The notes under the pieces are model-generated. The model saw only the letters and a list, made by a program, of their open reading frames with translations, was not told the DNA's origin and made no database searches. The translations under genes were made by a program, and so were the position numbers. This document shows, in pieces, positions 1 through 11,872 of a stretch of DNA of 64,000 nt. The first letter of the stretch is position 1. Each line of letters opens with the position of its first letter. The stretch comes from Botryllus schlosseri (taxonomy: Eukaryota). The DNA is taken from NCBI GenBank assembly GCA_051294905.1, contig CM119383.1, positions 20,832,001-20,896,000 on the forward strand, given 5' to 3'.

Positions 1-7
1 CGATATC

Positions 8-1172
8 TTGAAGGAATTCAAAGACTTGGCCATAAAGAAGATTGCGTCCCTACGTGGTAAGCATGGCACTGTACACCGGATATTAACTACTGGCGGTCCC
101 GTGCGTTCGCGTTGTCGCCCATTACAGCGGTATTTGAGACGCAAGGTAAAGGGATCGATTAGACGAGCTTTTAGCGTCCGGAGACATTGTCCGTTCGAAA
201 TCACCGTATGCTTCACCTATTACCATTGTTCCTAAAGGTGAGGACGACATTAACCTACGGTAATCGACGCAAATCCTAAACAATCAAACAATCTAGGATC
301 GCTTGCCAGTCCCCTTTTTACGTGACTTCACTAACAAATTGCAAGATTGATTTACAGAAAGCGAACCATTAGATTCCTCTCCATCTCCAGGACCAAGAGA
401 AGGCCGCGTTTATTTGCCCTGAAAGACTGTTTCAACCAACTACCATGCCGTTCGGATTGACGAATGCACGCAGCACTTTAAGCCGTTTTATCTCCGAGGT
501 TACATCCGAAATCGAACATATTTTCGTTTTTTTAGATGGCATTTTAATCGCGACCCGCACTGAACAGGAACATTTGGCGACGCTCAGAACACTGTTTTCG
601 AAGCTACGTGAGTTTGGTCTGGTTATTAACGTTGAAAAGTGCGAATTTGGTAAAGAGGAGATTGAAATCCTTGGACATTCAGTTTGTCTCGAGGGAATCC
701 GTCCCCTGCCTGCAAAGGTTGATGTGATAACAAATTACCCTCGCCCAGATAATGTTAAGCAACTACGATCCTTTCTTGGCCTTGTGTGTTACTATCATCG
801 ATTTGTGAAAGACTGCTCAACTATATTGAAGCCGCTTTACGATATTGCAAATCAATCATCCAACAAACGCAGACGTATTGTATGTAATGTCTGACTCTGC
901 ATTGTAAGCATTTGACCGCATCAAATCCGATCTCTCAGGTAATGCGTTACTTATCCATCCTATTCACGACTCGGACCTCTCTCTTGTCCTGGATGCAAGT
1001 GAAGTAGGAATGGGTGCGGTTTTGCAACAGCAACGCAATTGAATATGGTCACCTCTTGGGTTTTATTCGAAGACCCTTAATCGTACCCAACGAACGTATT
1101 TAGCATTCGATCGCCAGCTCGTGGGAGCGCATTCTGCTATTAAACATTTTCACGTTCAATTGAAGGGCAGAA
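8..1172 (+). pseudogene. Ty3/gypsy LTR-retrotransposon pol remnant (RT-RNase H), broken by stops and frameshifts
   Basis: ORF 445-894 has MPFGLTNA, a degenerate YxDD (FLDGILI), KCEF and LRSFLGLVCYYHRFV. Downstream frames give LVLDASEVGMGAVLQQ and PLGFYSKTLNRTQRTY, typical of gypsy RNase H. Confidence 0.9.
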
Positions 1173-1600
1173 AAAAGTGAAAGTCCGTGCCCCGCTTCCG
1201 GACTTCCGTCTCCGGCGTAATAAAGTTGATGTCAACGTACGTACGGGAACTCGGAAAATGGAGGCAACCCTCATTTTGCGGAATGGCTTATGCGCGTGGC
1301 GTAATCAGAGCTGACTACGAGACGGTTTACGGCCCTGGGCTGTCCGTAATCTTTCGGACCTGGCCGCTCAACCCTTTCCATGTAAACGTTGATGTGCCGC
1401 CGGGACTATTCCGCGTCTTTGACTCGTTTGAAGCCAGTCACCGCACGACCTTGTCCGCCCAGACGATTTCTTCGCTTATGCGCGGATTTCTTAACCCTTA
1501 CGAGGTGGGCGTATCATATTTGATATGGCATGTCTCCGACACCGATTTCTCCATGTTGACACGCCCTAGACATTGGGTTATACGTTTTTTGAAAAGCTGA
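1172..1600 (+). pseudogene. Family A paralog A0 (unknown beta-rich protein), 5'-truncated, frameshift near 1287
   Basis: Joining two frames gives KVDVNVRTGTRKMEATLILRNG/YARGVIRAD...NPFHVNVDVP, matching the A-family pattern R..A.LI...YARG.V..D...P(F/L)H.NV..P. Confidence 0.7.
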
Positions 1601-2875
1601 GACTTTTCCGATGTATTTGGTACCTTACTCAAAAATTTTGGTTTGTAAAAATAAACAAAAAATTGAAAATTAAATAAAATATGGTTATCACCTAAAACTT
1701 CCGGGTATTTTCCGAGTGGGAAATATTGTCGGAAAATCTGCCAGAACATCAGAAGTCAACATGTACGGTTTTCTGTGTAAATTTTCACCGTTTCAAACAT
1801 CAAAACGTTTTCTGGAAAGTTTGCTGAGGGGGATTTGTAAATTTTGGTCACACTTCAGTGATTTTCAAGATCTAGGTCAAGTTCAAGTGCAAATGCAGTC
1901 GGCATATGAGTCATACTATGCCTGCAAATGGTTGGATATGACAAAAGAAAGCATATCGCGTTGTTTTATGCCATAAACCGGACTGTAGGGGCCGATTGAG
2001 TCTTGATCATTAACTTGACCTTGATGACCACTCACTGACCACGCCCATTTGTAAATTTTATATGTATTTTCCATTTTTCGATATCTGACGAACCGCGCGG
2101 TTTACAACCACGGTTGACGGCTTGTTTGAAACCAGGCAACAGTGGCTACGCACTGAAGCATCACATTCCTCTCTCTGACGCCATCCTGAGGGTCAGACTT
2201 GAAAATTGAGAGAGAGAGAAATTTTTTTAGGGGAAAAGCTTGTTTATTTAAACTTATTACAAAACCTAAGACATGTCATGGGGTGTCGATCAAGGGTGGA
2301 ATCGATAGAGGGCTATACTCCGCCCACTTGTAAACCGGAACGGCCCAGATTGAAGACCTGGTGGGGTCACGGTGATAATTTGAAAATTGAAGGTCAATTC
2401 TGCAAAATATGGCCCCACCTCGTAAGGGTTAAAAACGCGCGTGGGGGGTTGAGGGATGGTAGCGCAATTGGTTTTCGCGCAACCTCGCGGTCGTTACCCG
2501 GTTCTACTTGCGTTCTAGCGCGTTTGTGTAATTCATGCTTTAGTTCAGTCAGTTTTTAGAAGTCAGGGTGGAGGAGTTTACGTTATTCGAGTTAAAGGCC
2601 AGTCTATATCTTGTATCTGTCGTTTTTACGTCGCGTAAGAGCGACTCGGGCTCAGTTTAGTCGGGTACCTGGTTCGAATCCGGGTGTCCCCTGTTTCAAG
2701 TCATTGGTTTATCGCGCTCTCCGGCCAGAAGTCAGATATTCGACCGGGGTTAACTTTGTGGAGTCGCTTGAGTCAAAATTAGTCCGCTCGCTCGTTTTCC
2801 TATTAGCATAGCTTATTGATATGAAGTTTCTAGTACCATACTTCATTTTCATCTTCGGTTTTTTCAGAAATAACG

Positions 2876-3500
2876 ATGGAGATTATTGCTAGTACAACAT
2901 ACGACTATAGTATCGACTTGACAATATACATTCGCAATAGAATGGTCTCAGCGAAATTGATTATGAAAGTAGTCTTTTACGCCCGTGGCGTAGTCGAACC
3001 CGATGCGAAAGCGAGAAAGATCGCACCCGACCGGCTGAGCTTTCTAGTCATGGCAAAATCGCCGTTTCATAGAAACGTGCGATTGCCGCTATCGTTGGCA
3101 CCGATGCCAAACGACTTTGATTCGCCACGGAGGAACAATATGATTCAGGAGCAAGGTCATGTATTTATCACCACCCATTTCAATGGCCGCTCCACAATTG
3201 CGGGCCTGATGATCAACGAGGACTTTAAAGCTGAACTGCTCGTCTTTTACGACGAAATGATGGCCCTGTCACCATCTGGACTGCTGCGCTCCGTGCCTTT
3301 GGTGGTCGCTCGCTCGCTCGCCGAACGACAACGTCGTGAGACCGACGGGCCGCAGCGGTCGCCGACCACGATTCTATGTGCCGAACCACGTTCCGCAGGC
3401 GCAACCGGCACCGCCCACTGGAGCAGTAGTCCGCAACCTCGTCGGCGCGGCGGGAAGGCCGAGACGTGTGATTCGGGCCCCGGTCCGAAAGGACCTTTGA
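2876..3500 (+). pseudogene. Family A paralog A1 (about 207 aa), one frameshift in the 3' part
   Basis: Homologous to ORFs at 18414 and 26541. An alternate frame near 3400-3500 restores the conserved end RPRRVIRAPVRKDL*. The 258-aa track ORF reads past it in the wrong frame. Confidence 0.8.
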
Positions 3501-3829
3501 TTTCATTTTGTGCCTGCCTTAAAGTTTCGTTTAACCGTGCTTATGAAGTATTGCCATTACGCCGAATTTTATGCATTGTTTTGCCTTTTTTAGTAATAGT
3601 AAGTTCATTTAATTGTTTTGTTTTGGCCACCTTTGCAAGTATCGTGTTTTAATGCCGACTGTGTCGTTGTTATTTTTTGTTGGCCCCTTGTGTCTAGTGT
3701 GTGTATTTTATTTCATTAATATCAGGTTTTATTGCAATCTTCAATGTTGTATCGCATTTCTTTTAACCTCAATGACTATTTTGCAGATCGTACTATCATG
3801 GCGTTAGTGTAAACGTTTTCTAAAATACT

Positions 3830-4170
3830 AGTTAACCACTGCAATGCGTCTTGAACAGAATTGGGCAGAAAGAGGTCGGTGTCAGCCTGTCGGAACAGTG
3901 CGACGGTGTCAAGCAGGGGGTGGAGTGAGGATGACTCTTCGTGTGAGAAGAAGTACTGTGTAACAGTACGTGAACTTTAGTGAGCATGGCGTTGTTCGAT
4001 CACGCCGTGCTTTCTGAAGCTATATTTACTGTTACATACTATCACAATACTAATATTAAATGGTTGTGTAGAAAGTGTTTTGCATACGAGGTCACGCTAC
4101 AGTGTCTTGCCCGTCTTGCATGTGCTTTTTTGAGTTGTACGTGCAAGGTTTGTCATAACACTGTCTCGTG
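3830..4170. repeat. Conserved A-B intergenic block (other copies about 19370-19800, 27510-27750, 28160-28560)
   Basis: Shared core such as gaagtactgtgtaacagtacgtgaactttagt...ttgttcgatcacgccgtgctttc is visible in all four copies. Confidence 0.85.
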
Positions 4171-4511
4171 ACAAGGGTTTCGTTGTCGAGGGACTAGCTG
4201 GTATGTGTCACTATGTAAACTTCAAAGAGCACAAACTTGTTACCCAAGTTCATGTTCCGTGAAGTGAACATAGTGAGCATAGTGTCTTCAAGCTTATATA
4301 TTACCACCCATCTTCTTTCTGTGAATAGCATTTGGACTTGCAGTTTTATTGTGCAATTCGTATCATGTATCGAATTTCTTTCGCGTTGTCAGGAAGTTGC
4401 GTTTTAATTTTTCTTTACGTTCTTTCATAATGACAGTCATGCTGCTGTGTGGAATCGTGCTTTCAGTAGTTACTTGTATTTGTCTAGAGATACTAAAGCT
4501 ATATCATTATA

Positions 4512-4949
4512 ATGACTAAATCGAACCCAAAGGCCAGCGACGGCTATTTCGTGCAGACTGTATATCAATTTGACGCGTCGCAACATCCTGACATTGTTCA
4601 GTTGGAGACGAAGACTTTACCGATTTCTGCTGATTCTGATCCTGGACCTGCTCCGGTTCCTGACCCAGAGGATCCGAATGCTTATCCACTGGCACCATGC
4701 GACCTGAACCACGAAGGTCGTAAAATGCTCGTAAGTGCTGAGCAATATATGGCTTGGTATGAAGAAAGGTTTCCTGGTCAACAGGAGAAGGTCCAGGATG
4801 AAGGTGATCTTTTCGATGGGTAGGTACAAATCAGTCCGGAATTTCCGACGGGTGGCAATGGAGGAAAGCCCCTCAAGGAGGTCAAACAGACGACGCAGAA
4901 AAAACAAGATGACGAAGCCGCGAAGTTAACGGCGTCTGCTGAACAATGA
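4512..4949 (+). pseudogene. Family B paralog B1 (145 codons, acidic/Pro-rich, unknown), internal TAG at 4821-4823
   Basis: Colinear with and the same length as intact B2 (19989-20426). Reading through the TAG gives ...TASAEQ*. Confidence 0.85.
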
Positions 4950-5305
4950 TTGCTACCTACAAAACTTGCAAATCTCTTTCGTCGAAATGAACTCAAACGT
5001 TACTTGTGCTTTCTGTTGCTTCGAATTCGTGTCGTTCGCTACGCATTTGTTTTAGGTATCGCATTATTTCTGACGTTGTAAAAACTAGTAAAGTCTAACT
5101 CGAACTATACTACATTTCATGACGTACTACATTTCATGACGTTGTCCGTGATATCTGTAACTTGCGTTCAAGTTAACATTACCTCTACAATCTGCCTATA
5201 TAATGTAGCTGTATCAACTCTCATCACTTTTTATTTCGATAGCGTTGTTTGGCAAAAAGTTAACACTCTATGATTTGTTTCGTAAAACAGCACAGTACCT
5301 TAAAA

Positions 5306-6570
5306 ATGTCCTATAGAACTCCGACGAAAAGCCCTTTCGGAAAGGAGAGGAGGAAGAATCCTGATTTTTCTGCCGATTGGTATCAGCATTTCCCGAAAGA
5401 TTTCCTCAGGCCTTACGGCCGCTCTGTCGTTCCGGAAGATGTATCCGACGAATCTGTCAACAGTAAATTGCAGACCTTTACCTGCGAATGGTTAACAAGG
5501 CCGGCAGTTGCAGCGTCCGAGTTTGCCGAAACGCTGCTTCGCAATCGCAACACCACGCCTGCTCTCGAGGATATCATGGATCCGAGAGCTTTCCAACAGT
5601 TTCACGCGCATCTGAATTCCGTTATCAACGAGGTCAATCCTCTCTGGATAAGTCCAGCAAATCCGGCTGGCGAGACGACTCTGACGAAAGAAGACGTGTC
5701 GGCGAGGTTCGAACGCCTTGAAAGTCTGATGATCCAGCAAAAGTCGTCGTTCCTGGATCGATGTATCGATGTCATGGCCGATTGCGGACACGCTATGTAT
5801 GTAACAGCGCTTCATCTCAAAATGACGTCGTTCTTGATGCGGAAAAAAGACGCATGGGCCCTCAAATTTAGATCGCATCCCGATCACGAGGACTTTAAAA
5901 AAATCCTAGCGCTCGGTCTTACGCTGAAATCGTCTTTACCGGATACATGATCAAAAAAGGATTCAATGCCGCGCCAATCGAGACACCGTCGGGAAGACGA
6001 ATTTCTGATTTCATGCTCGACCAACCGTCATCTTCGTCTGTGCTCGTGGGTGTGTCGCAATCACTTCCTACCCAAGTTCCTGCTCCGGTCCCGTTTCACG
6101 GAGCTCCGCCACCCTCCGTTTCGGTTCCACTTTCTGTTCAGGATCCGGCACCCTTCTATCCACCTTCACCTTCCCCACCCGTTCGCATTCGAGTCTCAAA
6201 CGCTCCCGGAATGGTTAGGGCCCCGTTCCCCGTTTCTGTGCAAGTCCTGAGTGGTTCTCGAATGGGTCCAGCTGCGGCACAGGTTTCCGGTCAATTTCCG
6301 AACGGTTCTCAACTACTTCGAAGTCCGACAGTAGTTTCAGCGGATCCTCTTCGTTTAGCGCATGCTCGTCCGATGATTCAAGTTCCGGTAGCGTTTCAAC
6401 CGGATAACGTAGCAGTTGGTGGAAATGTTGCTGGAGCTGCGTTGGAGGACGAAAATGTTCCATGCTCCAGTGGCAGCGTTCAAGGTCAGCTTACGTCCGT
6501 CGGTGTCAACAGGGAGAAGCGAAGCAACCATGACAAGACGGGAAACCCCGAGAAGAAGAAAAACGTGTAA
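5306..6570 (+). pseudogene. Family C paralog (unit I), 1-nt deletion in the A-run near 5900
   Basis: Track ORFs 5270-5950 and 5947-6570 together are colinear with intact C at 29675-30931 (tttaaaaaaatcc versus tttaaaaagaatcc). Confidence 0.88.
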
Positions 6571-6721
6571 CTCAAGAATGAGCTGACGTGTTCGATATTT
6601 CGTTTTGTCACACCTTAACTTTCATTTTGTTGTTCGTTTGTGATGCCTTCGTAAATTTCTTTCGTTTGTTGTTACAGATCATAAATTGTACAACTAGGTA
6701 TCACTCTAGGTGACATACGAT

Positions 6722-7900
6722 ATGAGCAAGCCAACGAAGACATCGTCAAGCCGTCTGCTGTTGTCTGAAAATAATGTTTCACTTGCGAATAGCATCGTTG
6801 CCGACCTGCGGAAGATATTTCCTGACATGCGTCTAGACCATTACTTATTGCGATTCAATATTCATCCCACCAATGCTAACCATCAAATGCTCATGATGGC
6901 TCTATACCGAGTAGGGCTGGGCACAATGATTCGAGTACTCGTATCTGAATCGAGTATTAATTTTAATGATTCGAGTCGAGTAGTAAAAGACGATTTTGTC
7001 GAGTACTGAAATTATGCGCTCCTCACCACTGAAAGTTGATTTATCAACGAAGAGTTTATCAACGATCAACGAGTTTATGCTAATTTCACTGTTGAAGCCT
7101 TAAAACATTGATTGGCCGTATCGTAGCATACGAAACATGAAGTACAAAGCTACAAACGTTACTGGAAATAGCACATTTCCGAAGTCATGATCATCCCACA
7201 ATATTGTCACCAAGTGCAATGAAATCGGTATGGTCGAAAAAAATAACAAAGTATCCTTAATATGATGGATAAAAGGCATTATATTCTTTGTGGTCGCTTA
7301 AAAGGTACAAATTTGAACTTTGACAAATATTATTCTGCTATGACGTCATAATGAGTGATACTCGATTACTCGACTCGACTCGAAGCATTTTACGTGATTC
7401 AGAATCGAATCACTCAGGTACTCGATTTTGCCCAGCCCTAATACCGAGAGATTACCCGCCATCAAGTTCTGGTTGCCATGATTACTCAAGCGTTACGACC
7501 TGCCGTACTATTGCCGCAGGATGCGTTGCGTGTCAACAGTAGTTCTCAAACGTTGCCGGCGTCACTACCGACTGATCTGAATGCTCCTCTACATCGAACT
7601 GCTTCTCCGGTGCTTCCAGTATCGTCGCAGCTTTCTGTACAAGTGCAGAGATCTCCTAAAGAGAATCGACGGTCGCTACTCCATGACCTGCTCAAGGCTC
7701 AAGAGCAGAATGATGCACCAACGGTTCCAGTTACGGCACGGAAACGTGTCAAAGTCGAGAAAGCTTGTCAAACGGAAAGAATTCCGCGACTCATCGATCT
7801 GCTTCCTATCAAATACGACAAGAAACTTTTTCCACCGGATTTAGTCCCGGAATCGCCACCGGTTTCCGTTCAAGTTGATACGAAATCTGTTCAAACGCTT
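6722..7900 (+). pseudogene. Family D paralog D1, interrupted by a MITE; 3' end uncertain
   Basis: Removing 6912-7448 gives ALYREITRHQVLVAMIT, matching D2 ALYREMTRHQVFVTMIT. Confidence 0.85.
6912..7440. mobile_element. hAT-type MITE, 529 bp
   Basis: TIR tagggctgggca / tgcccagcccta; exact 8-bp TSD ataccgag (6904-6911, 7441-7448). Confidence 0.92.
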
Positions 7901-9030
7901 GGTACAGTGGTGTCGGATAAAACAGAACCACTAAGAATAGCATTTGAGACACAAAGTGGGTCGTTGCCGTGTACATTAGGGTTGTTCAGATTTGGGCAAT
8001 TTTTTGGAAACTTGTTTTGCGTAATTCCAAATAATAGTTTAGTGCATAAAAACACCTCTAAAACCAATTTTGATCATTTTCATCGCGGTCTTCCTTGCGC
8101 GCAAAGCCCCCAAAGACCCACGAGTCAATTCTCCTTACTAGCGACGATTCACCATTGCTGGTTTGTAGCTTTTGTGAAGTTTGCGGTGGAAAACGGCAGA
8201 GTAGAGCTGGGAAATATCAGGTTGAATCATCTTTTTCACAATTGAACTTACCTACATTTCTATACATGCCAAATGTGTTTCACCTTCCCGTATTTGGTAC
8301 AGGTAGCCGGGTGGTAGGCCTATGTATGAACGAATACAGGCATATTCAGCCGGTTTTAACTCTGTAAATGTTAATCAAAGGCATATTGTATATGAATGTA
8401 ATTTCACCTTTATAGTAGCTCCAATTCACCTCATCCGCATCAGGTTTGCAGTATCTAATAAGTCTCCGAAAGTTGACACCCCCCCCCCCACCTCCGAACA
8501 CAAAAACTCAGGCCTGTCCTGTCCAAGACGTTTTCACGACGTTTTCACAGTAGCGAATACGGCCAGAATGCAAATCTCAAAAGCTCACGACACTAGGCTT
8601 TTTCTCAAATGATCATGATAGTTAAGTCTAAATAGGGGTCCTGATCCTCAACTACCAATGCATTCTGTCAGAAAACGTCCACGGTGTTCTTACGGAAACA
8701 GAAACAATAATCTCCATACATATTAGTCATTGTCGTCACCCACTATGGTATGTGCTTACAACTGAGTTAACATAAGAAAAAGAAATCTTGCACAGACTAT
8801 GTTTCTGAAACTTTTGATGAATTTATTGTTTCTGAAACTTTTGATGAATTTATTGTAAGGAAATTTGCATTATCAAACTTGAAAAGCAGAATAAGGCACA
8901 AATCCGGACATAGTAGGCCGACCATTTACGTGACTTGAGACAATTGTGAAATACAGTTATTATCATTGAAGAACATGTTGAGAATTAGGTAAGCACCAAA
9001 ACAAAAAGTGGATAACAACAGGCTCTAGTC

Positions 9031-10781
9031 TCATGCAGGCTTGTAGGATTTCAGTGTGGATTTATTGAAGTTGTGATACTTCTGACGGTGTAGCTCAACA
9101 ACTTGCAGCAGACTTTTCTTTTGGCGCTCATCATCTGTGATGATCGAAGCAAAGTCGGTGTTGAGTTTAACTCCTCGTTCAGCAGCGTCATCAAAGACTT
9201 TGACATTACTTACAAAATGGCTCATTTCATTGTATGATGAGGCCATTGTTCCACAGGCTGATTCAACCATTCTCCATAACACTCAAATTCGTTGAACAAA
9301 TGCCATGACTGAGGGCCCACTTAATCAGCCAAAGTGGTGTTATCCTATATAGTCCTTTCTGACGAGAGAATGGGTGGCCCACGTCGATAAGATTGCGGTT
9401 TTTCAACTTTCAGTAGGCGGCTTGCAATGCTTTTTCTGGTATCGCAACTTTCTTTTTCTGAGAACCAGGCATAAACCACAGTTTCTTTCACAATGTACCA
9501 TGGATGCTTCTTCAACTTATTGAGAGCAGATTCAGCAACATCTTTATCGGTAGTTGCGTAACCGCGTATCTCCTGAATGAACCGCAAGTCGTTTCCCGGC
9601 GCGTCACGCCCAATGCTGCAGTCCAGCCAAGCAGGAACATAGAAGAAGCTCAGAAACAAGTTCATGCGTTCCAGTTGAGTCGAGAAACTTTCCGAGTATT
9701 GCATCTGATCAGCCCACATGAACATATTCAGAGAATATAGAATAGTCCCCATCCACCTGGCATGATGAGTAGGACCCGGCTTCTGATGTGTTGCACGAAA
9801 TGCAGCACCTAAGACGGTTAAGGTGTTGATGACGCATAGCTTGTAGTCATCCCTTGAAAAAAATCTTTCTTGGCTAAGGCCTGTGCTAAATAAGCTTCAA
9901 CGGCCAACGCTCTTTGTTTGTAGCGCTCTGGGACATCCAAAATTCGAGGGGAAGCATTCCCATCTATTTTTGTCCAGCTTTTTTTGAAATTGTTGAATAA
10001 TGTGTTTTCAGGACCTGTGGTTTCAGGTCCAAAAATGCTTTTCCCCCAGACACTCTTTACCACCAACTCCAATACATGATGGCGATAAGCATGATACAAC
10101 ATTTTTCTACCTATGTGGTCTTCCAGTAACTTTGCAGCTCCTTTTTCCATCCACTATTGATTGATGTCGTGTCAAATGCCAACGCGGTAATGGAATTCTA
10201 CAAACTCCAAGTCGTTATCAAATCAAATGCAGTTTTTGCTTGGACCTCTCCTGTAGCATTGTCAATCTTTTGAATTCCAAGTAATTTTCCATTGGTATGC
10301 TGAGGATGAGAAGACAAAATAACAGCCAATGCTTCAGACTTTGTTCCATACCTGTCTTCTGTCAACTTTCCATCCCAGTGTACAGCCGCATGATTCGGTA
10401 GGTCTTGTTGAAATGAATCGTATATTTCATGCGAAATCTCAAGACGATTAGCTTCTCTACATCTATTTATAGTTGACCTGGATAGCACAAAGTCATTCAA
10501 GTCCCCACCGCATGCCTGTATGAAGGCACTTACTTATCAACATAGTTGCTACTTATCAACATAGTTGCTTCATTATCGGTCAATTTAAGACGATCCAGCG
10601 CAGCAGTAATCTCTTTGTCATCCAACAAGTTTCTTGTTGTTGTAGGGCATTCTTCTTTCAGATACAGCAAATACTGTAGAACTTGGCGTAGAGTAGGTAA
10701 CTTGGAGTGAATAATACACTCAGACGAATATCCAATCAAATAATGACCAGACTTCGATCTCGTTCTTGGTGGGTCCGACAC
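9031..10781 (-). pseudogene. Degenerate DDE transposase, hAT-superfamily-like (hATm type)
   Basis: Minus-strand ORF pieces show YLIG...KLPTLRQVL, VHWDGK, KLLGIQK, (C/Y)RHHVLELV, HHARWMGTILY and SYNEMSHFV. Element ends were not found. Subfamily assignment is from memory of these motifs. Confidence 0.65.
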
Positions 10782-11872
10782 AACCTTCTATGAAGAGCTA
10801 TGGTCGCAAAGTGGAACAGCAAACCAAGAACGACAAGAATTATACATACCTCTCCACCTACAAGTTCAAAGCAGTAGAAGAGACAAGCGAAGAAGAACAC
10901 CCAGTAGCGATAGAGAGAGGAGAGGTGTACGATCAGTGACGTGCGGTCCAATGAGGCAGGGGAGGCAGTGCCTCACCTGTCGTTAGAGTGAGTGAGTGAA
11001 ATTATGGAAACCCTCGATGATTATTGATATTTTTCGTCGATGTTCATAAATAACTAAATCTGAACATTTTTTCACCCAACATCATCAATTTGCCTCATTA
11101 TTATTCAAAATACAGCGCGAAAGGAGAGGTGAGGCACGGGTGAGGCGCGGGCGGGTCGTGCCTCACTTGGAACAATGCAGTTCATCATAAATACCTCGGA
11201 ATTCATAATAATTGGTATCAATCAAATGCTATCGTCGCACTGATTCCGAAAATATAAATATTAGCAGTGTCAGAGCACCAGAACCCCCCAAAAATCGTCA
11301 AAGAAGGTGACAGTCGGCTTTATTGCAGACAATGCCAACGCAGAAAAACAATGGCCAGAGGAGGCACAAACGAATCTAGCTCATGCACTATTGGCTAACA
11401 ATCGGACAATTGCATCAAAGTGAAACGCTCTATCGATTTCGGAATCCAACACTCTTGTAGGAATTGCATAGTAGCGACGACAAATATATATGTTATGTAT
11501 TTTCCATCCATAGATACGTTAAATTGTGGTATGTGATAGCTACTAGCATAGCCTATTGTCGTTTTTTGTGGCCTTTATGCTGTGTTCAAATTCAATAGCT
11601 GTATAACCTTAAATTGTGATATGTGATTGATGTACTTACATAGCCTGCGTTGTCGTTGTTTGTGTTCGTTTATAGTGTTTTCGACTGCAATAGTTATTTA
11701 CACCAGGTCGATTCTAATGACATCTCTATCCCTAATCATGAATATCACCCTGATTTGTCACAGGCTGGCTGATGTCTAATCATTTAGGTGTGATAATAGT
11801 GAGTGACATATTTAGTTTTGCTGATCAAATACAGAACCGCAGTGATTCAACGGCGCGCTTGGGGCTCCCGAA

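Noticed and set aside
7905-8000. Terminus of the hATm-like element (ttagggttgttcag) or a Tc1-like end (tacagtggtg)
   Set aside because: No matching inverted partner or TSD found near 17.6-17.8 kb.
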